Source: Azolla caroliniana
Taxonomy: Eukaryota > Plantae > Polypodiophyta
DNA: 64,000 nt
Reading direction: 5' to 3'
Assembly: GCA_043228905.1 (NCBI GenBank)
Contig: JBHGNT010000006.1
Location: 7,254,001 to 7,318,000 of the forward strand
The position numbers and the translations under genes were made by a program. Positions 27,701 through 39,844 of the stretch are shown here, piece after piece. Within the stretch, counting starts at the first letter, position 1, and every line of letters begins with the position of its first letter. The notes beneath the pieces were generated by a model. It saw only the letters and a list, made by a program, of their open reading frames with translations. It ran no database searches and was not told where the DNA came from.

Positions 27701-28216
27701 GAGCTCATGTTTGGGCAGAAGCCAATCATGCTGATGGAACGTACGATCTCCTCATGGGCAACCGTGGACTGGAAAGAAGAGATGAGCTGGGAGGAACCGT
27801 TGGCGGCGCGCATACGACAGCTCGAGCGAACACCGGAGGATGTGGAGCAGACTGCGGGAAAGCTTCGGGTGGCAAGGACGAGGAACAAAGCCCGGTTCGA
27901 CCGGACGCACCGGCTCCGACCAAAGAAGATCGAGGAAGGCGACTGGGTGCTAGTCTACGATAGCAGCCTCGACAACCAGCACCGAGCGACACGGAAGTTC
28001 GCAAGAAGGTGGTTCTTGCCTTACGTGGTACAAAGCGCCAACGACAACGGGACGTACCATCCGGCGGAGCTCGACGGCATGAGAATGGCGATACCGGTAG
28101 CTGGGAAGCGGATCAAAGCGTTCAAAAAGCATCACGACAACGAGCCGGATCCAGTTAACCTGGACCGCGACGACGAACGATCCGAAACCGAGGAAGAACC
28201 GACGGGCGGGGAATGA
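24713..28216 (+). pseudogene. pol: B ORF2: RT-RNaseH-integrase in the -1 frame, with several in-frame stops
   Basis: YSNRWFTVPKKNG, LPQG, FLDD, VDTSPTGIG, ETDC, HHCC zinc finger (YHDS..AGH...CESCQ), ADRGE and NGKVERGH, all in one frame broken by point-mutation stops. Confidence 0.92.
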
Positions 28217-31200
28217 AGGCTGGACCGGTTTTCTCCGTCCCAACTCAATTTGGCGCATGCCGGTGGATGCGCGGTTAGGTGGGGGCGGATGTCGTGAAGA
28301 AAACCGGCCACAAGCGGAATCGGTGCACCGGAGCGTAGGAACCGGCTCTTCATGCACGTACGCCTTATGTTGTACATAAGAGAGAATTAGGTACATAGAA
28401 GATCCTAGGTAGGTAGATTCGGTAGGTAGGAAGTTAATGGGAAACGGCTCCTTCCTTGCCTAGAAAAGGAGGGAGACGAGGAGGGGGGACGGATCGCGGT
28501 TAGAGAGGACGAAGTGCTGTCGGGTTGTCGGCCGAAGGCTTCTCTCTCTTCCATACTCCGTAGCTTCTTTCTGTGCAGGTTTTCGGGAGGCTCGCGCTGC
28601 TCTGAGGAATGCCCGAGTGCTTCCGGCAGCACCTCCAACCTACTCCTTTCTTTTTGAGCGTTTACGAATAGGCATCGACATATGTTCGCCGGCCTGTTCG
28701 GTTGTAACCGACTTCGTGCTTCTTGTTGTTTGTCCTTGTTAATATATATATATATACATACATTCGTGTCTCTCTGCGTCGGTGTCCCACTCGCGTCTTT
28801 GTGTCGAAGGGCCGTGCCCCTGTGAGTCTACGCCCACACGTAGTGGGTCCCTTCCCTTCTCCTTTGTCTCTTGCTCTTCGGTACAAGACCCCCGAGGCCC
28901 CGCCTCATTCCACGCATCGGCGAGGAATACCTCGACAACGTTCTAGTTACATCTTATAGGCTACTCTTAGTACATCTTATAGGCTACTCTTAACATGGTG
29001 GGTGTTTTCCCGCTTTAATTCGCTCTTCTAATTATGGGGGCTTGGTAGGGGCCTAATTTGGGTGTGGTCAATGTGACCCTGGTTAGGTGGGGCCTTGGTT
29101 AGGATCTGTGGTAATACCATAGTTCCCCCTTGTAAAAAAAAGTTATTGTGCGGTTGGAGTGCAGGAGGGCGTGGATGGCGGTTTTGGGAGGAGGGATGGC
29201 AGGGGCGTAGGTGGTGGTAGCTGATGGAAGGGCTTCATGTGGGACTGGTGGGCGAAGGTAGAGCGGTTGTTGGAGACACGACGGAGTAGGTATGTAGTGT
29301 TGCGTATCTGCTTTTGAACTTCGAAGGGACCAATCCATCGGTGCATGAGTGACTCGCTCAGGCCGCGACGAAGAATGGGGAAATAGATGAGAACTTTGTC
29401 GCCAGTGTGGTATTGATGGTTGGCGTGGCCTGCGTCGCGTTGGCATTTTTGGCGTAGTTGTGCTTGGTGTAGGTTGCTCGTGATGGCTTTGCGGAGGAGG
29501 GGTTGGAGTTGTTGCAGGTAGGACCACCAGGACACTACGTTAGAGTGGAGTGGCGTGGTTGGTTGCGAGATTGCCACTTCTGGGGGTAAGCACGGGTCCC
29601 TGCCATAAAGGGCTCAGAAGGGGCTAATGTGGGTGGAGGCTTGCACAACTGTGTTGTAGGTGTGTGTAACGAAGGGCAAGATCTGGTCCCAGGTCGAGTG
29701 CAACGGATCAATGTAGGCCGAGATTTGTTGTATTAAGGTTCGGTTGAGGCGCTCTGTCAATCCATTCGTCTACGGATGGTAGGGTGATGTGAATAATTGT
29801 TGGATTCCTAATTGTGTAGAAACGAGACATAGGAGCTCGCTATTGAATTGGGGTCCCCGATCAGACAAGATTTGGAGTGGGCAACCGTGGGAGAAGATGA
29901 TTTTCTCCAACAGTTAGGTGGTGATGGTCGTAGCCTTCGCATATGGGATAGAGGCCGTCTTAGCCCAACGCGTCAAGTACTCGGGAAAGGGGCCCAAAAT
30001 GTCCCATTCGACGATTTCAAATGGAGCTTGAACCTGTATCAAATGTAAGAGGCCTTGAGCCACTTGAGGTGATTTGATGGCCCGAGATGAGTTGCATGCT
30101 TTGATGTAGGAGACAACCTTGTGGCATAGCCCCGACCAATAGAATTTGGCAACGGATTTTGTCTAGCACCTTGTGAAAACCCAAGTGGCTAGACAACGGG
30201 TGATCGTGGAAGAAACGAAGGTAAGATAGGCGCAATTGCTCAGGCATGTAGACCCGGGGTTCCTTGCCTACTTGGCAAAAAAGCAAGACATTATCTTGGA
30301 TCATGAATTGCTTGGTGAGGGATGATGTGGGCTCAACTTGTAGGCAGTGGCAGATGTCTTGGATCTTTTTGTCGTGTTGTTGCATGTTGGCCATTTGGGA
30401 CGAGGATATGGGGGGATCAATTGTGCCAGAGGCGATTTGGCTCGCCTAAAAGGATATGTGGGATAATCCATCAACCACGATGTTCTGGGGACTGCGGCGA
30501 TAGTATAGAGTGAATGTGTAATCCTGCAGCGCCAAAGCCCAACGGAGTAAGCGACCGGGTGAGTGAGCCTTCTTTATGAGGGAAAGCAATGGTTGATGGT
30601 CGGTTTCGACTGATGCGTTTGATCTGTGTAGGTACGGGAGGAAACGATGGAATGCCCAGACGATGGTGAGCAAATCTTTTTCGGTTGTCGAGTAATTTTG
30701 TTCGTCTTTGGTAAGTGACCGGCTTATGTAGGCAATCGAGCGTAGTTGGTCGTCGTCGTCGGATTGGAGCAGGACCGCGCCAAGGCCGACGTTGGAGGCA
30801 TCCGTTTGTAGATGGAAAGGCTTCGTGAAATCAGGGTGTGCCAAGAGGTCAGAGGCTTGGAGCGTTCGCTTGAGCTGCAGGAAGTTGGATTCGCAGGCGT
30901 CAGTCCATAGGAAGGGTGCATCTTTTTGCAGGAGTGCATGTAGTGGGGCTGACAGGTTGACTAGCCGTGGATGAAGTAGAGAGAGAATGTGAGGAGGCCG
31001 AGGAAGCGTTGAAGCTGCTTGCTTGTGGTGGGGCGTGGGAATTTTTGGACTGCTTCCGTCTTCTCTGGTTCCATCTGTATTCCGTTGGAGGAGATGACAT
31101 ACCCGAGGAAGTGGAGGCGCGTTGTCGTGAAGAATTTCGGCCAGAGGCGGAAACCGGGAACATTGGCTACATCGGCAAGGTGTAGCGTGTGTACGCACCC

Positions 31201-31795
31201 ATGTACATTTAGTGTGAATATCGAGGGCGCCTTTATGGCGCCGAAGAGTAATCAAGTCGGGACAGACGATCCCATGTAAGTCGGGATTTATCCCACATTG
31301 TAACGCATCCCTCTCCTTGTTCTATAAAAGGAAGGGAATGCCCTTTGTGAAAGGGTTGCCCATTTTGCATTAGAGGGTATACCGTTAGGTTTAGAGATTT
31401 TCTTCTTCTTCTTCTCCCCCTTTGTGTTCGCTTAGGGTTTGCTTCAGCTCATCTCCTGCGCAAGACCCCGCTCGGCGCGACGAGCCCGTGAGCTCCCCGA
31501 CCGACGGCTTGGCAGCTGATGACTATTGTAACCTACCTTGGTCCGGCTCGAAGCCGGGAATGTATTCTTCTGTTTATATATATACATTTGCGTCTGTCTG
31601 TATATTCGCGTCTCTGTCGGTGTCGGGTGCTTCCCCTTTTCTGCGTTTCCTGTACATAAGGGCGTGAGTCGTGTCGGCATGTGTGTGCGTGAGTCGGTGT
31701 TAAGCGCGCGCTCCCTCTCTTTCTCTCTCGCCCTTCGGTCGCTTCCGGTGTTCTTCTAGGGTCCCCTGGAAATGGTGAAGCACGACTTCCTACGC

Positions 31796-32683
31796 TGTCG
31801 GGGTAGTTGTGGTTCGTGCGGCGAAGTCGCAGGGACTAAGGTTAAGGGGAGTTGAAGGAACTTTTATAAGGCTTGCGCTCAAATGTTAGGAAGATAAAGG
31901 ATATGAAGAATAATAGTTTAAAGTAATATGTGTGAGAGAGAGACTAGTATAGATAAAAGATAGAGGCAATGTATGATTCAAGACGCAAGATAGAGACAAA
32001 GTATGATTTAAGACAAAAAAGTATATGATATGAACATGATGTGTATTACGAATACAAGATTTTACCAACTTTACAATGTTTGGTAGCAAGATGAACCCTT
32101 TCTCTACCGACCCTTGATTCGAACTCTTGACTCCAACTTGGAAACACGAGCCTCTTCACCAACAAGCTAACTTGTTTGTTTTTTTGATTATCTTATTTCT
32201 CTAACTTTCTCTTGATTCCCCTCCTTGTTTTCCCTTTCCCCTCTTTATATAAGTGTTGCCATGCATATGGTAATGTATGGGAGCATAGCATGCATGCAAT
32301 GCATGAGTTACATGTAATGCATGATCGCCATTTGGCGCACATGCATTGCATGTGATGAATGATGGCTATGTATGAAAAAAGATATGAGATAATTATAATG
32401 ATGAAAATGCATTCTAAAATAACTAACCTAGCTTAGTGGTGTATGCTTGGTGCTTGGTATACAAGGTTGAGGGTTCAAGTCCCTCAATTTTACTTAATAC
32501 AATATATAGCTTCATTCTTATATCATGAAGCACATTTATTACACACTTTTACAAATAAATAGCCTAGCCTAGTGGTATGTACATTGTACATCGTATATAA
32601 GGATGTGGGTTCAAGTCTCTCAAATATTATTAAATACAACATTTAAGCTCATTTTAATATCGTGAAGCACATTCTTCACGACA
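31796..32683 (-). mobile_element. Element D: solo LTR (888 bp) in C's 5' LTR
   Basis: TGTCG...CGACA termini, 4-bp TSD ACGC, absent from C's 3' LTR, minus-strand TATA near 32250. Confidence 0.9.
32422..32625 (+). other. Two tandem tRNA-like (A-box/B-box) modules in solo LTR D
   Basis: TAGCTTAGTGG...GAGGG-TTCAAGT-CCCTC and TAGCCTAGTGG...GGTTCAAGTC, with tRNA-like spacing. Confidence 0.7.
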
Positions 32684-32760
32684 ACGCTCCGTCACTCCCT
32701 GGTCCAAGACCCCCGTGGTTCCGCCTTTCTCCACGCACGCGCGTAACAACGCGACATATT

Positions 32761-32777
32761 TGGTGAACCCGACGTGA
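32761..32777 (+). promoter_or_regulatory. PBS complementary to cytosolic tRNA-Trp
   Basis: TGGTGAACCCGACGTGA, 4 nt after the LTR. Identical in element F. Confidence 0.85.
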
Positions 32778-32793
32778 AAGGCGGCAAGGGAGG

Positions 32794-34233
32794 ATGGAGT
32801 CGGAAGATGACGACCTCGTGGAGATGGTGGCCGAAGTGGTATTGGAGGCGGCACGAGTGGTGATGAGGCGAGAGGCAGCGCAACAAGCGGTTGAGCGAGT
32901 GGTCGAAAGAGTCGGCCGTTTCAACGGGGACAAAGTCCCATCTTACATGGAAGCCTACAATGCGGAAATGGAGGAGCGTGGCGTAGACGAGGCGTTGAGG
33001 CTGGAGTTCTTCTGTCGGGTCGTAGCTGTCCGGATGCATGCGGAAATAAAGGAGCTCCGTGAGGCTCATAGTTCGTGGGAGGCCTTCGAAGAGGCGCTCC
33101 TGAAGGCATACGGAGGACGGCGGAAGAGCCGGGGACGGCACGACTTCGACCAGTGGGTAGCAACGGCAAAGACCCACCAGGGCGCTGCCAAGGCGTTTCG
33201 AGAGTTCGAGCGGCGGCTTGCTCGGCTCCTGGAGCGGGAACAAGGTTTGGTGGGGGCGGACAAGGTCCTATTGTTCGTCAGGTCGATCGACCGAGCGGAA
33301 CGGGAGGCCATCGGGATTGAGCTCGAAGACGATGATGGAGCGAATGGGCTTACGGAAGACTGGTCGAAGGTCGGAAGGGTGTGCCAACGGCTAGACAACG
33401 AGCGAGCCGAGAAGGCTAAGAGGAAGGTACGCGACGGCGTGCCATCACAACGGGAAGAGGCCGAACGGCAAAGAGAGTCGGCAAGGGTCGGCGTTGGGGC
33501 TAGGATTGTGGAGGCGTACGCAACTCTCGAGGCGATGCTCGAGGAAGAGGAAAGACGGGGGCCGCAAGCCGAGACTGAGAAGACGGACTTGCCCCACGCG
33601 GCGGCGGAAGATCGGTACGTCGGTACCACGGGAGAGGGTGTAGAACGAAACGCCCTCTCGACTTACGGAGAAAGAACGGCCAAGGACGAGGCCGAGATAC
33701 AGATCGTGGAACCGGCACATTGGGACCAGCGGTTTCGAGCGTGTCAGCCCAAGATCCCGGTCATTGGAGAAGCAAGCCCAGACGGGGCTTGCGCGATCGG
33801 TAAGAAGACGACCGTCGACCACGAAGAGTCGGTGGCTACGGACAAGGGCGTAAAATGGACGGGCGATTGTTTGTGTCTTCCCACACTTGCTCTCGGGACG
33901 ATGGCAGTCGGGCCCGAGTGCCCACGTGAGTCCCAAGCGGAGGAAGGCGGCGGCGAAAAGCCAAGAATCACTGACGAGACGATATGGGGAAGGAGCGGAC
34001 GAAAGACCATAGACCCAATTCTGGAGAACTCGGCATTCGGGCCCGTATGCCCATGTAAGACCGAGGAGATGGATGGTGGTACCGAGGAGTCCTGGCACGA
34101 TGCCAGCGAAGATGGATGGGAAACGGCTTGTGAGGAGGCCGAGGACGGAAGCGGCACGAGGAAATCGGCATTCCGATATGGGTGGAGCGTGATCCGGTCG
34201 TGGATTGTTCGATCGGGGCCGGATTCGGCATGA
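32794..34233 (+). CDS. gag: Gag-like protein of element C with a divergent acidic C-terminus
   Basis: The N-terminal half aligns with F/B Gag (VGRFNG..YMEAY.AEM; VLLFVRSID..ERE.IG..LE...GLT.DW..V.RVC.R.D). No zinc knuckle or protease. Confidence 0.75.
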   Translation: MESEDDDLVEMVAEVVLEAARVVMRREAAQQAVERVVERVGRFNGDKVPSYMEAYNAEMEERGVDEALRLEFFCRVVAVRMHAEIKELREAHSSWEAFEEALLKAYGGRRKSRGRHDFDQWVATAKTHQGAAKAFREFERRLARLLEREQGLVGADKVLLFVRSIDRAEREAIGIELEDDDGANGLTEDWSKVGRVCQRLDNERAEKAKRKVRDGVPSQREEAERQRESARVGVGARIVEAYATLEAMLEEEERRGPQAETEKTDLPHAAAEDRYVGTTGEGVERNALSTYGERTAKDEAEIQIVEPAHWDQRFRACQPKIPVIGEASPDGACAIGKKTTVDHEESVATDKGVKWTGDCLCLPTLALGTMAVGPECPRESQAEEGGGEKPRITDETIWGRSGRKTIDPILENSAFGPVCPCKTEEMDGGTEESWHDASEDGWETACEEAEDGSGTRKSAFRYGWSVIRSWIVRSGPDSA

Positions 34234-34380
34234 AAGTGCCGAAACGGAAGAGGGTGTGGGACGAGCCGCCCTCTTTTACATGGGGAGAAAGACCGACCGG
34301 GTGAAGGTCGAGATTTGGAAGGGGAATGAAAGCCGGTCCTATGGGATTCCTTACATCGATTCGGCCGCCGGCCCGAGTGC

Positions 34381-37300
34381 TGTTGCACACAGCCGCTCGG
34401 CCACAACCGAGGAATAGGATCAACTCACAGAAAACAGGAAATACAAAATGCACGGAGACAATAGAGAGAAGAGTACACAGGATGTTTTACGTGGAAAACC
34501 CTAAATGGGAAAAAAACCACGGGAGTCCTCAAACTCCAACTATCACTATAAACAGAGATGTACAATGGTGAAGTTACAAGGCAACAACCTTGAGCTCACT
34601 GTCTTCGCCACAGGCAGCGGTAATACACAGAGGCAACGACCTCTTCGTCTCTCTCTCTCTCTCTCTCTCTCTCGGCTGCTCACTTAGCTCCCTCTAAGTG
34701 GAAAACCAGAAAAATGAGTAACAACTACTAAACTGTTTGCCCTAAGTCATATTTATACACATATGACTTTCGGGCTATTTACAAATATAGCCTAGAGGGC
34801 CCTTGGCAAACATATTCACAAATATGTCCCCGCATCCGGATCTCTCTCCGGGTACATTCGTCATCCGGCTCCGTAGCCGGGGTCTTCATCATCCGGCTCC
34901 CGGACATCTGACTATCCCATCCGGAGGGACCGTAATCCCAACAAACTCCCCCTTCACTTCGGCATGGGATGTCTTTCCAGTCCGACCCTCTTCCGGCACG
35001 CTTCCAGCTTGTCGGGTGTGAGCACTTTGGTCAGCATATCTGACCCGTTCTCATCCGTGTGGATCTTCGTCAGCACGAACTCCTGGTCTTCTATCCTTTC
35101 CCGGATCCAGTGATATCTTCGCTGGATGTGCTTCGTCCGGGAGTGATAGGCCGTATTCTTCGCAAGGTGGATGGCACTCTGACTGTCGCAGTAGAGTCGG
35201 TACTCCTCCTGCCGGATACCGAGTTCTCTAATGAAGTCCTTCATCCATATTATTTCCTTGCCGGCTTCAACAGCCGCCATGTACTCCGCCTCCGTGGTTG
35301 ACAATGCAACCGTCTTCTGCAGCCTCGACTGCCACGAAACAGCTCCCCCTGCATACGTCATCACATACCCTGATGTGGACCGGCTGGTATCTGCATCAGC
35401 CGACATATCCGAATCGGTAAAGCCGTCGAGTTCGGGCTTACCGGAGCCGAATCGGAGGCACACGTTTGCCGTGCCCTTCAGGTATCGGAGTATCCACTTG
35501 ACCGTGTTCCAATGTTCTTTGCCGGGATAGCTCATGTACCGGCTCACCACTCCGACTGCATATCCTATGTCCGGTCTTGTACACACCATTGCGTACATCA
35601 AGCTTCTGACGGCAGAGGCATATGGTACTTTCATCATGTCCTCCTTCTCAGCCTTTGTCTTGGGGCTTTGCTTGCTGGACAACTTGCAGTTTGCCGGGAG
35701 GGTTGACCCGACCGGTCTTGCTTCCGACATGTTGAACCGGTGAAGCACCTTTGTCACGTACTTCTCCTGTGACAGCCACAACTGCTTCTTCTTCCGGTCC
35801 CGGATGATGTGCATCCCTAGTATTTGCCTCGCCGGACCCAGGTCCTTCATTGAGAAGGTTCGGTGAAGCGCTTTCTTCAGCATCCGTATCTTGCCCTGGT
35901 CCCGTCCGACGATCAACATGTCGTCCACGTACAGGAGGAGTATTAGAAAGTCTCCTCCTTCGAACTTCTTCACAAACACGCAGTGATCGGACTGCGTTTT
36001 GTGGTACCCTTCGTCGGTCATGAAAGAGTCGAACTTCCGGTACCATTGCCGGGGAGCCTGCTTCAGTCCGTAAAGGCTCTTCTTCAACCGGCATACCAGG
36101 TGCTCCTTCCCTTTCTTCTCGAATCCTTCCGGTTGCTGCATGTAGATCTCTTCTTCGAGGTCACCGTGAAGGAATGCCGTTTTCACGTCCATCTGTTCTA
36201 CCTCGAGGTCCATGCTTGCCGCTATGCTCAGCACCGTCCGGATGGAGGTCATCTTCACTACCGGGGCAAATATCTCGTCGAAGTCGACGCCCTTCTTCTG
36301 CTGGAACCCCTTCACCACGATCCTGGCTTTGTATCTCGGGGGGTTTCCGGCATCTCCCGGTTTCAGCTTGAACACCCACTTGTTTCGAAGTGCCCACTTT
36401 CCTTTCGGCAACTCCACAAGTTCATATGTGTGGTTCTCATGCAGGGAATCCATCTCCTCCTGCATGGCACTTAACCACCTGCGGCTATGGGTGTCAAGCT
36501 TTGCTTCTTCGAAACTCTCCGGCTCCCCCTCGTCGGTTAGCAGCACATGCTCTGGTTCCGGAAATCTCCGGGGGGCCCTTCTCTCTCTTAGAGGATATCT
36601 CCGTTCCGGAGCTTCGGTAACCGGCTCCTCCGTTTCCTCTTCATCCGAATCCATTTCGGGATCGGGGCCGGTTCCGGTATCAGTTTCATCTTCCTCGGCC
36701 GGTTCTGTTTCTTCACCGTCTTCGGCCGGATCCTCGAGTGCTAACCGGTTCCTTGCCGGTCGGGACTGCTCCTCGTAGAGTTGAGCCTCACCGGTCGACT
36801 TGGAGCTCTTCATCTTCTTCTCCGACTCCCAGTCGGCGAGTGTCTTGTCCTCCATGAAGATGATATCACGACTCCGGAATATCCTTTTGTCGACCGGGTC
36901 CCATACTCGGTAGCCTGCACATATGCGAGACACCCGAACACCTTCAGATGCCGGTAGGATACTTCCCTGCCGGTCCACACTCTCTGCGGCGTGTCTCCGT
37001 CCAAAGGTACTGAGGGTGATTTGTTTATCACGTATGTCGTCGTCGACATTGCCTCAGCCCAAAACCCCTTGGGTAATTTCGCATGCGCCAGCATACTCCG
37101 GACCCTCTCCATTATGGTCCGGTTCATCCTCTCGGCCAGCCCGTTCAGTTCCGGCGTCTTCGGCACAGTAAACTCGAGCCGGATTCCCTTCGAGCGACAG
37201 TACTCCTCGAACTGCCCCCGCTCGTATCGCTTTCAACGTCTTGCCGGATTCCCTTTCCACTCTCGCGTGGAGTTCTTTGAAGACGGACAATACTTGGTCC

Positions 37301-39592
37301 TTTGTCTTCAGCGGTGCCGTCCACAGCTTCCGGCTGTGGTCATCAATGAATGTCACGAAGTACTGGGCTCCGCCATGTGACTTCGTTTCTACTTGACACA
37401 CGTTAGTGTGCACCAACTCCAATGGTGCGCTACGTCTCGTCGGTGGCCTTGAGTGGAAGGAGGTTCGGTTCTGCTTACCGGCCAGGCAATCGGTGCACTT
37501 CTCCAGGTGCACATGCTTCACTGGAATAAGGTTGTCTTCTGCAAGCCTCTTCATCCCCTTCTCACTCATGTGGCACAGTCTCTTGTGCCACAGCTCACCG
37601 GCAGTGTCGGCTGCCACGTTCAACTCTTCCGGACACAACCAGGTATTCATAAGGTACAGTGTGTTGACTTTCCGGGCCCGAGCCACTATCAGGCTCCCCT
37701 TGCTGAACTTCATTACGCCGTTTCGGATGCTACCCGTGTAGCCTTCATCGTCTAGCCTCTCGGCCGAAATCAGGTTCAATCGAACCTCCGGAACGTGTCG
37801 GAAATCCTTCAGCAGCATCTTGCATCCGGTTGATGTCATCAGCCACACGTCTCCTATGCCGGCAATCCGGCATGTACCTTCATTTTCCATCCGGACACAG
37901 CCGTGCTCACCGGCTGTGTAGGATGAGAAGTATTTCTTCTCCGGGGTCAGGTGGAACGACGCTCCGGAATCGACCACCCAGGTAGTCTCATCGCCGGCAA
38001 TATTTAGCTCCCTCTCTTCGGTAATGAGCATTATCTCTTCTTCACTTGCCGCGAGTGCCGTCGTTCCTTTCCGGTCCTGCCCTCGCCGATCCGGACCTCT
38101 CCGGTCCGTGGCTCCCCGGTATGCACCGTTTCGCTCCGGTGACTTCTTCGAATCGGTACCGTCGGTTCCGTTGTCTTTCTGGAAATGCCGACAGTTCTTC
38201 TGGAAGTGCCCCGGCTTCCCACAGTAGAAGCATGTAGGTCTTCCCCTCGACTGCGACCGTGTCCCCGACTTCTCCCGTCTTTGCGGACTCCGGTTCCGTT
38301 GTCTTCCCCGTTCCGATTCGGTAAGCAGCGCCTTCGAGTCGGAGGCCGGTTCTTTATCTCTCCGACGCGCTTCTTCATTTAGAATACTCGTCTTTACCGT
38401 TAGTAAAGACAAGTTCTCTTCCTTACAGGAGGTGCTGCGAGTAACTACCAGGTTCTCCCAGCTCTCCGGAAGGGTACACATCAGCATGATGGCTTGCATT
38501 GCGTCATCCAACGGGAACTTGATCGCCGCAAGCTGGTTCACGAATCCCATGAACGTGCTGACGTGCTCGACCATGCTCTCGCCGTCCCGGTACTTAAGAT
38601 TCACTATCTTCCTCATCAGGGAGGTCCGGGTCAGAGCATTCTTCCTCTCATACAGTCCGGACAGCTTCTGCCACATCTCATAGGCGTTTGTATCGTTCGC
38701 CACATGTTGCAGAACACTTACATCGACATATTGCCGGATCGTCGCTACGGCTTTCCGGTTCAGGAGCTTCCACTCCGACTCTATTACCCCCTTGGGTATC
38801 TCGGCATTGTCGATCGGTTCGTACAGGTCTCGGACGATGAGAAGGTCTTCCATCTTTATCTTCCAGTCGGCGTAGTTCTGTGAGTTCAACACCATCATGC
38901 CCGAAGGCCCACTACCGCCGCCTTCCATTTTCTGTGTTACCGTCGCTCTGATACCACTTTGTTGCACACAGCCGCTCGGCCACAACCGAGGAATAGGATC
39001 AACTCACAGAAAACAGGAAATACAAAATGCACGGAGACAATAGAGAGAGGGTTTAGGTGGAAAACCCTAAATGGGAAAAAAACCATGGGAGTCCTCAAAC
39101 TCCAACTATCACTATAAACAGAGATGTACAATGGTGAAGTTACAAGGCAACAACCTTGAGCTCACTGTCTTCGCCACAGGCGGCGGTAATACACAGAGGC
39201 AACGACCTCTTCGTCTCTCTCTCTCTCTCTCTCTCTCTCGGCTGCTCACTTAGCTCCCTCTAAGTGGAAAACCAGAAAAATGAGTAACAACTACTAAACT
39301 GTTTGCCCTAAGTCATATTTATACACATATGACTTTCGGGCTATTTACAAATATAGCCTAGAGGGCCCTTGGCAAACATATTCACAAATATGCCCCCGCA
39401 TCCGGATCTCTCTCCGGGTACATTCGTCATCCGGCTCCGTAGCCGGGGTCTTCATCATCCGGCTCCGTAACCGGGTCTTCATCATCCGGCTCCGTAGCCG
39501 GGGTCTTCATCATCCGGCTCTGTAGCCGGGGTCTTCATCATCCGGCTCCCGGACATCTGACTATCCCATCCGGAGGGACCGTAATCCCAACA
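34381..39592 (-). mobile_element. Element H: full-length Ty1/copia (Tnt1-like) retrotransposon inserted in C
   Basis: LTRs 38960-39592 (5') and 34381-34943 (3'), 5-bp TSD AGTGC, iMet PBS TGGTATCAGAGC at 38945-38956, PPT GAAGGGGGAG. Confidence 0.97.
34954..38928 (-). pseudogene. gag-pol: Copia gag-pol polyprotein with two small deletions in integrase
   Basis: CFYCGKPGHFQKNC, WVVDSGAS, LWHKRLCH, LNGLAERMN, YVDD and RTKHI. Compared with copy I, DNGGEY (~37222) and the KLDPK segment (~36915) are deleted, causing frameshifts. Confidence 0.92.
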
Positions 39593-39844
39593 AGTGCCGG
39601 CGTGAGTCCTATAAGAGAGATCGGTGGCGACAGGAGAACGGGACTCGGCAATCCGGAGAAAGACGAACGAATCGAGCGAGAATCGGGCGGAGCGGACTCC
39701 CGGATGACCATTCCGGGAGGGAGGAAGAGAGCTGACCTACGAAGAGGCCGAGGACACGGTACGTCAGTACCACGGGAGAGGGTGCGGAACAAAACGCCCT
39801 CTCGGCATGTAGAGAAGGACTACCCGGGACAGGGTCGGGAAGAC

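Larger units (their letters stand above)
22236..28937 (+). mobile_element. Element B: young Ty3/gypsy LTR retrotransposon inserted in A's 3' LTR
   Basis: Nearly identical LTRs 22236-22885 and 28290-28937 (TGTCG...CGACA), 4-bp TSD ACGT. The PBS and gag N-terminus are deleted. Confidence 0.97.

Noticed and set aside
32422-32490. Functional tRNA genes in LTRs
   Set aside because: No intact acceptor or anticodon stems, so they are reported only as tRNA-like modules.
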